In this document: positions 41,633 through 53,445 of the stretch, in pieces
Numbering within the stretch: position 1 is the first letter of the stretch
How the letters are laid out: each line of letters starts with the position of its first letter
NCBI GenBank assembly: GCA_032718475.1
Contig: JAUCBJ010003530.1
Location: 48,835-112,834 of the forward strand
Length of the DNA: 64,000 bases
Direction: 5' to 3'
Source of the DNA: Nemertoderma westbladi
Taxonomy: Eukaryota; Animalia; Xenacoelomorpha
Translations under genes and position numbers: made by a program
Notes under the pieces: model-generated
What the model was told of the DNA's origin: nothing
The model's database searches: none
Seen by the model: the letters and a program-made list of their open reading frames with translations, nothing else

Positions 41633-42896
41633 TCCACGAAGCTAAGGAAAATCAACTACTTTCGCTAAGAAAGATTTTCCTTAGCTGAGATGGTCTATTC
41701 ATAGTGGGCTATTTTACTTGTATGGGGCAGATTTGGTTTTTTTTGACCGGTGAAAAAACTAGCCTTTAAAAGTACCCTGAAATTTTGCATGTATATACAA
41801 CTCATCAAGGCGCGTCGTGTGGGATGGGTCTCATATCCAAGAAAAATCTGGTTTCCATGGCAACGGACTTAAAAAAAAGTCTATGTATTTCAAGTCAATA
41901 TTTATAACTCTATTTGTAGGAAAAGTATAATAGATATAGACTTGGGGTTTCGCAACACAACTATAAGGTCCATAGCAGATCCGATTGAGCCTAAATAGAA
42001 AATCCAGTTACCTTGGCAACCGGGATAAACAGATGTTAAAATTTATAAAATGTTAATTTGTGGCCTAAGGGCAAGGTGTTATGACTTGGGACCAACCCCT
42101 ACCCCCACTATATAACTTATTCTGCATCCGAATTACATTGTTCTATTTTTCAGTTACCATGACAACCGCAGAAAACAGATGTTTTTATACAAAAATTATT
42201 CATTTGGACATAGACTTCGCGATAAAATTTTACAAAACTGGGTATGTGTTATCTGGACCACTAGTTGGAACTTTTAGTGAAACTTAAATTATTCCAGAAA
42301 TTTAGTTACCATGGTAACTGTAATTTATTAAACTCTATATCATTCAAGTCTATATTGATAACTCTATTTGTAGCAAAACTGTAATATATATAAACTTGGG
42401 GTTTTGCAACTCATCTGTAAGGTCCATATACAATCCATTCGAGGTTAATTACACAATCCAATTACCATAGCAACAAGACTAAACAGATGTTAAAATTTCT
42501 AAAATGATAATTTGAAGCACAAGTTAATAGTATTATGACTTGGGACCAAGACCTACCCCCACTATATGACTTATTCTGCATCCGAATTACATTGTTGTAT
42601 TTTTCAGTTTCCATGACAACCACTGCAAACAGATGCATTTTGATAGAAAATCGGTAATTTGTACATAAACTACAATATTTTCTGAAACTCGGAAAGTGTT
42701 ATCTGAACCACAATCTGGACTGAATCTTTTTTCAAAGTTAAAACCAACAGTTCAGAGAATTCTAGTTTCCATGGGAATATAAGTTATTTATTGGCAAATG
42801 CTACTAAACTAGGCTAAGCAACAAACCAAATTGTGGCCCTTTGTTTAATTTTCCTTAGCTTCGTGGTTGCATTTCCTTTAGGAAATGCCTTTCTAG
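41633..42896 (+). mobile_element. full-length Helitron-like copy
   Basis: A|TCCACG...hairpin-CTAG|T. Confidence 0.9.
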
Positions 42897-43890
42897 TAAA
42901 TTATTGGCAATTGCTACTAAACTAGGCTATAAGCAACGAACCAAAGTGTGGCCGTTTGTTTAATTTTCCTTAGCTTCGTGGTTGCATTTCCTTTAGGAAA
43001 TGCCTTTCTCGTAAATTTCTTCCAAAAAATTTGGTCTTATGCATACTGTCCACGAAGCTAAGGAAAATCAACTACTTTCGCTAAGAAAGATTTTCCTTAG
43101 CTGAGATGGTCTATTCATAGTGGGCTATTTTACTTGTGTGAGGCAGATTTGGTTTTTTTTGACCCCCGGCAAATCTAGCCTTTAAAAGTACCCTGAAATT
43201 TTGCATGTATATACTACTCGACGAGGCGCATCTTTTGGGCCGGGTCTCATATCCAGGAAAAATCTGGTTTCCATGGCAACGGACTTCAAAAAAAGTCTAT
43301 GTATTTCAAGTCAATATTTATAACTCTATTTGTAGGAAAACTATAATAGATATAAACTTGGGGTTTCGCAACACAACTATAAGGTCCATAGCAGATCCGA
43401 TTGAGGCTAAATAGAAAATCCAGTTACCTTGGCAACCGGGATAAACAGATGTTAAAATTTATAAAATGTTAATTTGAGGCCTAAGGGCAAGGTGTTATGA
43501 CTTGGGACCAACCCCTACCCTCACTATATAACTTATTCTGCATCCGAATTACATTGTTCTATTTTTCAGTTACCATGACAACCGCTGAAAACAGATGTTT
43601 TTATTCAAAACTTATTCATTTGGACATAGACTTCACGATAAAATTTTACAAAACTGGGTATGTGTTATCTGGACCACGAGTTGGAACTTTTAGTGAAACT
43701 TAAATTATTCCAGAAATTTAGTTACCATGGTAACTGTAGTTTATTAAACTCTATATCATTCAAATCTATATTGATAACTCTATTTGTAGCAAAACTGTAA
43801 TATATATAAACTTGGGGTTTTGCAACTCATCTATAAGATCCATATCCAAGCCGTTTGAGGTTAATTAGAAAATACAGTTACCATAGCAAC

Positions 43891-46800
43891 GAGAGAAAGC
43901 CGCCCCAATATTAGATTATTACAACAACATCCATTGGGTAAGAAAGTGGAGGAGAGCCAGCCCGTCTCTTAATTTTTTACTTTATATTACGCGATCAATT
44001 TTCACTCATCTCGTCATGAACCCAACATGTATGTAACCTTTTGTTAAATTTGTTGGCTATGCGTTTGCGGTTGTTTGGGCGTAGTGTGGTAGGCCTACAC
44101 TTTTCACACTTAAATATTTTGGTTGTGAAATGTTACAGGGCATAGCTATCTGAGATATTTCATTTATATTTTATTATGAGAGGAAGAAGAACATACAACG
44201 TTATTTACTATGTAACAAAATAATTGTTTTCGGGTTTAACTTGGAAGCCTCCCCAAATAGTTGATATACAATTATATTTAAAATTATTTCCATGGTCATG
44301 GTCATTCACCCGTCTTTAGTTAGAAATTTGTTTGCATGAAAGACAGTTTAGTTTAGTTTTTACTGATTTATTATCTCTTATCTGACTGGGGTAATAATAA
44401 AGGATAGGATAAATGGAAGCAAAGTGTGACAGTAACAAATATTTCCCCGTCACCCTAGCATGTCTTAAGTATATGATATATCAAAGGGGGAAGTTTGGAT
44501 TCACTGCATAAATGCAGTTCACCAAACTTCCCCCGAATGCACACTGTAACTTCCCCCTTCCCCCAAATATCCACTGTTGAATTAATTTGAAGCGATATAA
44601 TAAGTACAAAATTGTGCGAGTTTTTAATTGTGTAGTCCAATTGTTATTTGATTTCTATTTATTATTTAAAGTGCATTTAATATCACACTGGTTTTTAGAA
44701 TTATTATACTATACAACCTTATGTTTTATTAATTTACCCAATCGAAGCCTCATAAGGGTCGGTTATTTGTACGCATATCCCCTAATGCGCTCAGTAAGGT
44801 TCAAACAACATATTAATATGAAAATAAAGTATCTGCAAAGAAAATAACCCAATACTATATAATTTGACCTTATTAAAAAATTTGCACTTTTGCACACTTA
44901 TTTGTACAAATGCACTTTAGCAGATCGTAATGGTGGCTCTTATTTAACAAACTTATGTTTATCCTCTACCGATCTACGGTGGTGTATGATCAAGTGTCAG
45001 TCGCTAAAAGTGTCAAAAATCCAATTTAATAAATCTGGAATTGCGATTTTGGACCATATGCATGGACATTTTAAGTCACTTTATAGACATAAAAAGTTAA
45101 ACAAATGTTACGATTATAGTTAGAAATCATTCCAATCAAAAATAACATTCTACGATGAATAGAACTGGAAATAATAGTGTTTGAAATATCGAAAAAATAT
45201 TCACTATTTAAGTGCATTTTGCACTAAGTGCACATAAGTCTTTTCCCAAGTTTTATCCTATTTCACACACTACAATCTATCCTCTATCCAATGAAAAAAG
45301 TTTCAGATTAAACGGCCCTGTAGAACCGAAGTTATTTATGTTTAAAAATAGTCACTCGAAAATTTCAAATTCTCTTGGTCACATAGTCTAGTGGTTATCA
45401 ATCACGTTAATGAAACCTAAGTTCGCGGGTTCGAAATCCAATATTGACCCGACCATTCTTAATTTTTTTGCAAAAAAATTTATTTTTATTTTTTCACTAA
45501 AATCGCTCTAACTTCGGTTCTGGTGGTCCAAATTCAATAAAATTGGTATATTCTTTGCCGTAATTTTTTTCTTAATCTTTTGAAAAGGGGTTATTTTTGG
45601 CCCCAAAAAAATTTAAAAAAAGGGCCAAAATAACGCGATATTTTTCGACCCTTAAAATTCGTAATTTTAATTATATATGTTAAGATAAAAGATAGCGGAG
45701 TTAATTTGATACTTTTTACAGGTACTTTTGGCGCAATACGCTAAATTATAATGGAATAGCGATTTGTTAAAAAAAAACAATTTTTCGTCCCTTTTTATAA
45801 ATATTATATTTCACACGATCGCCTGCTGCTTAAGTTTTATAATACCTCCGGCGCTGTGATTAACGCTGTTAGATAGATAATTTAACGCACTATAAGTCTG
45901 TGTAAACAAATCTCCCGTAAGTTAAGTAGTTTTCGAGCTAGACGATTTCCCGCGAAGCAAGTTTGAAGCGCGAAATTATAATTTTGGCCCTCATTTTTTT
46001 AATATCATCCTTGGAGCAAAACCGATAGCATATTTGAATTCCCCGTATGGATATTGACTGTATAGAATGTACCTTAACCAACTAAAGTTAAAAATAAAAA
46101 ATTATTCGATAAAAACTACTTTACAAATTCTGGCCCTCTTTGGCCCCTATTGCCGACATATTTTTTGTACCCCCATTCGATAGGAACGTAGCCCCAATGG
46201 CCTTCTACGAGTTTCATAAAAGAATTAGTGGATTCCTACCCGCGTTGTCGAATTAAACATTTCGGAAATAAGTTTTCCAAAAAAGACGGACAAAAACATA
46301 CAAATTTACAGCCCCTTTTTCCACCCGAAATTTTAATAAATATCTTACCCCCATTCGATACGAAGGTAGTACCACTCTTCCCCTTTCCAACCGCGTTACG
46401 TTCGTCCCCGTACGATTAATATTAGCCGAGTTATAGCGGATCCCGCAAAGTCATTTTGTCCGTTTTTTCAACTTTGACGGACATTTTCGGAAAAAAGGCG
46501 TGGTAATCTTTTTTGAAAAAAAAAACGAATTCACTAATTAATCCCCTCTATCGTATCCCGGCGTCGGCTAAGCAATAACCTAGGGTTTTTTCGAGCCACT
46601 GTAGAGCGCCTTTCAAAAAAATTTTAAAATTGTCGAAAAAATGACGGTTTTTTGTCCGCCGTGTCCGTCGAAGGGTTAGATTTAATAATGTTAGAGTTGC
46701 TAATATCTTAGAATTCCGAGCCGCTCCCTTGGTGAGAAAATAAAAAACTTTGGTCAGTTCCTTCATCGAAAAGTCCCCCAGAATCCCAAGTTAACCTATA

Positions 46801-46901
46801 TAGTTAGCTATGGCCTGCGGCTTTAGGAGCGGCCGCGGTATTCACCTCCCTCATAGCGGCCGCGGCGGTGTTGCGTCAAATGGAGAAATATTTATCCCAC
46901 C
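43891..46901. mobile_element. unclassified 3.0-kb non-coding insertion
   Basis: Cleanly splits a Helitron-like copy. No TSD, TIR or convincing ORF. Contains a hairpin at 44486-44534, a tRNA-like segment and two NotI sites near the right end. Confidence 0.6.
45377..45449 (+). pseudogene. tRNA-like sequence (pseudo-tRNA or SINE head)
   Basis: 73 nt; GGTCA...TGACC acceptor-like stem, A-box-like TAGTCTAGTGG, B-box-like GGTTCGAAATCC. The anticodon arm does not fold well. Confidence 0.55.
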
Positions 46902-48287
46902 AAGTCTAATCAGATGTTAAAATTTATGAAATGATAATTTGAAGCACAAGTTAATAGTATTATGACTTGGGACTAACCCCTACCCCCACAATATGACTTA
47001 TTCTGCATCCGAATTACATTGTTCTATTTTTCAGTTTCCATGACAACCACTGCAAACAGATGCAATTTGATCCACGAAGCTAAGGAAAATCAACTACTTT
47101 CGCTAAGAAAGATTTTCCTTAGCTGAGATGGTCTATTCATAGTGGGCTATTTTACTTGTGTGAGGCAGATTTGGGGTTTTTTGATAGGCGAAAAAACTAG
47201 CCTTTAAAAGTACCCTGAAATTTTGCATGTATATACTACTCGACGAGGCGCATCTTTTGGGCCGGGTCTCATATCCAGGAAAAATCTGGTTTCCATGGCA
47301 ACGGACTTCAAAAAAAGTCTATGTATTTCAAGTCAATATTTATAACTCTATTTGTAGGAAAACTATAATAGATATAAACTTGGGGTTTCGCAACACAACT
47401 ATAAGGTCCATAGCAGATCCGATTGAGGCTAAATAGAAAATCCAGTTACCTTGGCAACCGGGATAAACAGATGTTAAAATTTATAAAATGTTAATTTGAA
47501 GCCTAAGCCTGAATTTCTCAACTCAACTATAAGGTTCATATCCAAGCCGTTCGAGGTTAATTAGAAATTCCAGTCACCATAGCAACAAGACTAAACAGAT
47601 ATTAAAATTTATAAAATGATAATTTGAAGCACAAGTTAATAGTATTATGACTTGGGACCAACACCTACCCCCACTATATGACTTATTCTGCATCCGAATT
47701 ACATTGTTCTATTTTTCAGTTTCCATGACAACCACTACAAACAGATGCATTTTGATAGAAAATCGGTAATTTGGACATAAACTACAATATTTTCTAAAAC
47801 TCAGTACATGTGTTATCTGAACCACAATCTGTACTGAATTTTTTTTCAAAGGTTAAAGCAACAGTTCCAGCGAACTCTAGTTTCCATGGGAATAGAAGTT
47901 AATTATTGACAATTGCTACTAAACGAGGCTAAGCAAGCAACGAACCAAAGTGTGGCCGTTTGTTTAATTTTCCTTAGCTTCGTGGTTGCATTTCCTTTAG
48001 GAAATGCCTTTCTCGTAGAAAATCGGTAATCTGGACATAAACTACAATATTTTCTGAAACTCAGTATATGTGTTATCTGAACCACAATCTGTACTGAATT
48101 TTTTTTCAAAGGTTAAAGCAACAGTTCCAGAGAACTCTAGTTTCCATGGGAATAGAAGTTAATTATTGACAATTGCTACTAAACGAGGCTAAGCAACGAA
48201 CCAAAGTGTGGCCGTTTGTTTAATTTTCCTTAGCTTCGTGGTTGCATTTCCTTTAGGAAATGCCTTTCTCGTAAATTTTAAATGAAG

Positions 48288-49523
48288 TCCACGAAGCTAA
48301 GGAAAATCAACTACTTTCGCTAAGAAAGATTTTCCTTAGCTGAGATGGTCTATTCATAGTGGGCTATTTTACTTGTGTGAGGCAGATTTGGGGTTTTTTG
48401 ATTCCGGAAAAAACTAGCCTTTAAAAGTACCCTGAAATTTTGCATGTATATACTACTCGACGAGGCGCATCTTTTGGGCCGGGTCTCATATCCAGGAAAA
48501 ATCTGGTTTCCATGGCAACGGACTTAGAAAAAAGTCTATGTATTTCAAGTCAATATTTATAACTCTATTTGTAGGAAAACTATAATAGATATAAACTTGG
48601 GGTTTCGCAACACAACTATAAGGTCCATAGCAGATCCGATTGAGGCTAAATAGAAAATCCAGTTACCTTGGCAACCGGGATAAACAGATGTTAAAATTTA
48701 TAAAATGTTAATTTGAGGCCTAAGGGCAAGGTGTTATGACTTGGGACCAACCCCTACCCCCACTATATAACTTATTCTGCATCCGAATTACATTGTTCTA
48801 TTTTTCAGTTACCATGACAACCGCTGAAAACAGATGTTTTTATACAAAAATTACTCATTTGGACATAGACTTCGCGATAAAATTTTACGAAACTGGTTAT
48901 GTGTTATCTGGACCACTAGTTGGAACTTTTAGTAAAACTCAAAACATTCCAGAAATATCTAGTTACCATGGTAACTGGAGTTTATTACAGATTATATCAT
49001 TCAAGTCTATATTCATAACTCTATTTATAGAATAACCACAATAGATATAAACTTGGGGTTTCTCAACTCAATGATAGGGACAATAGTCGAGCTTATTGAG
49101 GTTGATTAAAAAATCTAGTTACCAGGGCAACCATGCTAAACAGATGTTCAAATTTATAAAATGGTTATTTGAAGCATAACTTTAAGGTATTACGACTTGG
49201 GACCAATCCCTACCCCCACTATATCACTAATTCCGCATCCAATTTATATTGTTCCATTTTTCAGTTTCCATGACAACCACTACAAACAGACGTTTTAACA
49301 ATTAAATCCTTAGTTTTGCACATTAACTACTCAATGAAACTGAATTGAAGTATGTGTCACCTGGAACCACAAACCGAATCTTAATGTAAACCTCAGCAGT
49401 TCTAGAAAAAGTTTTAAAGGCATTATGCCTCTTAACTCTGTAAAGCAATGAAGTGATGAGTCAAAAAGTGTTTAATTTTCCTTAGCTTCGTGGTTGCATT
49501 TCCTTTAGGAAATGCCTTTCTAG
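48288..49523 (+). mobile_element. full-length Helitron-like copy, variant 3' half
   Basis: G|TCCACG...CTAG|T; second repeat unit and 3' region diverged from the main subtype. Confidence 0.88.
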
Positions 49524-49527
49524 TAAG

Positions 49528-50778
49528 TCCACGAAGCTAAGGAAAATCAACTACATTCGCTAAGAAAGATTTTCCTTAGCTGAGATGGTCTATTCATAGT
49601 GGGCTATTTTACTTGTGTGAGGCAGATTTGGTTTTTTTTGATTCCGGAAAAAACTAGCCTTTAAAAGTACCCTGAAATTTTGCATGTATATACTACTCGG
49701 CGAGGCGCATCTTTTGGGCCGGGTCTCATATCCAGGAAAAATCTGGTTTCCATGGCAACGGACTTAGAAAAAAGTCTATGTATTTCAAGTCAATATTTAT
49801 AACTCTATTTGTAGGAAAACTATAATAGATATAAACTTGGGGTTTCTCAACTCAACTATATGGTCTATTGCTGAGCTGATTGAGGTTAAATAGAAAATCC
49901 AGTTACCTTGGCAACCGGGCTAAACAGATATTAAAATTTATAAAATGTTAATTTGAAGCCTAAGGTTAAGGTGTTATGTCTTGGGACCAACCCCTACCCC
50001 CACTATATAACTTATTCTGCGTCCGAATTTCATTGTTTAATTTTGCAGTTACCATGACAACCGCTGAAAACAGATGTTTTTATACAAAAATAACTCCATT
50101 TGGACATAGACTTCTCGATAAAATTTTATGAAACTGGGAATGTGTTAACTAGACCACTAGTTGGAACTTTTAGTGAAACTCAAAACATTCCAGAAATATC
50201 TAGTTACCGTGGTAACTGGAGTTTATTACAGATTATATAATTCAAGTCTATATTCATAACTCTATTTATAGAATAACCGCAATAGATATAAACTTGGGGT
50301 TTCTCAACTCAATGATAAGGACAATAGTGGAGCTCATTGAGGATAATTAAAAAATCCAGGGCAACCATGCTAAACAGATGTTCAAATTTATAAAATGGTT
50401 ATTTGAAGCATAACTTTAAGGTATTACGACTTGGGACCAATCCCTACCCCCACTATATCACTAATTCCGCATCCAATTTAAATTGTTCCATTTTTCAGTT
50501 TCCATGACAACCACTACAAACAGACGTTTTAACAATTAAATTCTTAGTTTTGCACATTAACTACTCAATGAAACTGAATTGAAGTATGTGTCACCTGGAA
50601 CCACAAACCGGATCTTAATGTAAACCTCAGCTGTTCTAGAAAACTCCGGTTGCCATGGTAATATGAGTTTTAAAGGCATATGCCTCTTAACTCTGTAAAG
50701 CAATGAACTGATGAATCAAAGTTTGTTTAATTTTCCTTAGCTTCGTGGTTGCATTTCCTTTAGGAAATGCCTTTCTTG
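49528..50778 (+). mobile_element. full-length Helitron-like copy, variant 3' half
   Basis: G|TCCACG...hairpin-CTTG|T; 4 bp (TAAG) from the previous copy. Confidence 0.88.
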
Positions 50779-51650
50779 TAGGTGAAAAAATTGTTTTCTA
50801 TAGATACAAAAATATATTCCTCTGGAATCACCGAAGGAACCTGTTGTTTGGAAATAAATAAAGTTTTTTTTCCAACTCTGAGCTTTCCAGAGATAGCCAG
50901 TTGAATATTGTCACTGCTGGCTTCGCAACGCGCCCTTCATTTGGTGAAAACAACTCGGGACATCTTTTGTTACTGTAGCATGTCGCACATGCATAGGGGC
51001 CATATCAATGATGGTAATGTTTGGAACAAATTTCATAGATAGCAACATATCAATCTGTTGGACTTTCGCATCGCAAATTTACATACTTTGGCACAATAGA
51101 TAATGCCATGGAGGCATATACCAGTGGCAAGGCCATCTGATTTTCCCCACAATGTTTGAACCCGCTTACGATATTTTGAAACCGCTTACGATATTCTGGA
51201 TCACTGGAATCAAGAATACAGTACTTCGAATAGCTTGTACAGTACCGGTACATATTATATCATTTTTGTTATTAATTAGTTTTAAAAACTTTTCGCTTGA
51301 TCCTTATAAACACGGTGATGTTATTTTTTGTTCCCCATAAACTTGATTGTCATAACAATTAAAACAAATTTTCCGGTTGAGATCAAATATCAGCGTTGTT
51401 GGATAATAATAACCACATATATACTGTACAGTAGCAATGAAATCCATAGTCTTGCTCGTACAAGGCCTCAAAGTGTTGGTAAGCACCTTGAAGCACTTTG
51501 TCATCATCACGGCCATTAATAAACTCACTCAATGTGGCGGCAAAAATACTGATAGTGTGAGTGTTTCGAATCTAAAATAGTATTCCCATCAACAGCGAGC
51601 ATGCTTCTTAGAATAAGGACATATATAAGGGATATCACACCATCTGCCAA
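50779..51650 (-). pseudogene. decayed HMGXB3-like / Zisupton (KDZ) transposase
   Basis: Frameshifted minus-strand peptides in collinear order: ISLIYVLILRSML, GAYQHFEALYEQDYGFHC, ICGYYYPTTLIFDLNRKICF, KYVNLRCESPTD, DMLLSMKFVPNITIIDMA, PELFSPNEGRVAKP, DNIQLAISGKLRV. These resemble remembered HMGXB3 C-terminal motifs (KYLVRGESARDHVDLL...VVDMA). Confidence 0.72.
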
Positions 51651-52690
51651 AATGCAATTATCGCAAAAGGCAAAAAGCGCAATTATCTTTGCAGATGATT
51701 TGCTCTTAGTGAGCACATCGGTCATAGACTTGGAGAGGATGGCTGGAGTCCTGCATAACAAATTCAAAGCTATAAACCTAAGCTTTAAACCTTCAAAAAC
51801 ATCGTGGATGGTCATTCATGGCATCCAAAGAACTTCCCACAAACCCTGCTTCATTAATGTGGTTCACTGTCTTTCCCAGAAGTTCTTCCTTATTGATGCC
51901 ATCAGCCAAATAGCTTATTTTTCTCATGTATTCCACTCACGAGGCTGGACAACACGTTGGTTCTCTCCCAAGGTAGTTTTCAGACTGTGTGACACTCTAG
52001 CAGTACCCGCTATTGCTTATGGATTGAAGTTTAACGTCGGCTCCCTCACTTATACTGATCTTGAGGTTCTCGATGTTCATTATACTATAAAAAAACGTTA
52101 AGAAGTCTATTACACCTTGGATCATACATCGGCAATAGTACCATGTATAGTGTATATACCGTCTCCGGCCTTCCCCCAATCTCAGTAGTCGCTCTTTGTT
52201 TTTGTGTGGGCACACACATACGCTCACTTTTGCGTCTGAGTCCTTCTTTTTTACAACTCGGCGCTATATATATTATTTTTATTATATATTGTATATTATT
52301 ATATTATATTATTTATATTAACAACCTTGCAATTAAAAACTCTCAGCCTCGATCAGAAAAGATATCGTTCAATGTCTTCTAATTGACCCCGATCTGGTTT
52401 TGTAAAACTAAATTAGCCAATTTCGCCTGTTATTTTGTGTGTGCTTTTTTCTACTTTTATTGTTGGTGCACTCAGCACTTCTTGCCTCGCCTTTGAACTG
52501 TCTTCAGTGCAATTGCTCGCATTCTAATTGCATTTTATTGTTTACTTGCTATACATATTGTTACTTTTATTTTGTGAGTGCATTTTATTGTAAATTTTAC
52601 TTCATACCGGTATAATGTATATTATGTATATGCCCAACCATCTTACTAATAAATTGCCGGCTTGACTCGCTTGCCGTTGAATGAATGAGT
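51650..52690 (+). mobile_element. 5'-truncated degenerate non-LTR retrotransposon (LINE; possibly L2/CR1 group)
   Basis: RT motif IIFADDLLLVS...INLSFKPSKTSWM in ORF 51601-52101; T-rich 3' UTR; AATAAA at ~52648; TGAATGAATGA tail. Confidence 0.75.
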
Positions 52691-53445
52691 AACAATAAGG
52701 GTAGTTCCCAAGGATGTCGATAATTATATAGAGTTGAATAATACTGCAATAATCCCTTTATGATAAGACCTATTGTACCCCCCCCCCCCTCCCCCCCATT
52801 CCATTGCTTGAAACACGGTATACCTACTCACAATAACTATTTATACAGCTTATTGAATAAGGTTTGTGTAATAACAAAATTTTACATAGTCTAGCTAATA
52901 TAACTATAACATTAAAACTGAGGGTAATTATTATTTAAGATATTCCAGTAGGTAGGGAAAGTTTGAAAAAGTGCTGTGCGCAGATGATTAACGGGATAAC
53001 GGGCGGTTGCGCTTCAAGGTGACACACAGATGACGACACCGTTAAATTCTTCTGACGACGCGCGAGTTATATGTGAACCGTAAAATTGGAATTGATGGTG
53101 CTGTAGGGCTCGTAAAAAGATATGCGAGTATTACAGTATAATTATGTAATAACATTCTTTAATTGTGAGTACACAGACACAGTGAAAGATAATGTAGAAA
53201 CTACTAAATAACGTTCCCGCATCCTTCCTTAAACAACATTAAAATCTACTGGCGTAATTAATTGGTACATACTAAACCCTAAAAAGAACCTCAAACGACC
53301 TGAAACAACCTGGCCCAAGCTAAGATTAGCAAAACAGATCATAGATACCGTTTTAGAATAAAGAAATTAACAATCCATCCTAGGTGGTGCCAACTTACAG
53401 TAGAAAAATATAGGTGGAAATTAAGAAAGACCTTAAACAATGAGG

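Larger units (their letters stand above)
43049..48271 (+). mobile_element. host copy interrupted by a 3.0-kb unrelated insert (43891-46901) and a nested copy (47071-48015)
   Basis: Rejoins as CCATAGCAAC|AAGTCTAA and ATTTGA|TAGAAAATCGG; ends CTCG|T. Confidence 0.88.
22573..50778 (+). mobile_element. cluster of ~20 copies/fragments of one ~1.27-kb non-autonomous Helitron-like family
   Basis: 19 5' ends TCCACGAAG(C/T)TAAGGAAAAT. 3' ends GCATTTCCTTTAGGAAATGC hairpin + CTTT + CTAG/CTCG/CTTG, always followed by T. Nested junctions rejoin at A|T or G|T with no TSD. No Rep/helicase ORF. Confidence 0.9.

Noticed and set aside
45377-45449. Functional tRNA gene
   Set aside because: Only 5 bp of acceptor stem pair, the T-loop has an extra base, and there is no proper anticodon stem.
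44750-45654. Harbinger-like sub-element bounded by TAAGGGTCG / CGACCCTTA
   Set aside because: Only 9 bp of inverted match, and the putative 3-bp TSDs (TAA vs TTA) differ.
22717-49035. Recurrent 60-100-aa ORFs (MYILLDEAHLLGRVSYPGK..., MTWDQPLPPLYNLF...); ILLDEAH looks like a Walker B/DEAH box
   Set aside because: They recur only because the element is repeated. Many copies have stops or frameshifts, the motif varies (VEAH, GEAH) and no other helicase motifs are present.
22573-50778. Classifying the 1.27-kb family as a TIR/MITE DNA transposon
   Set aside because: The 3' inverted repeat is subterminal, followed by a hairpin and CTAG/CTCG, and reconstructed sites show no TSD.
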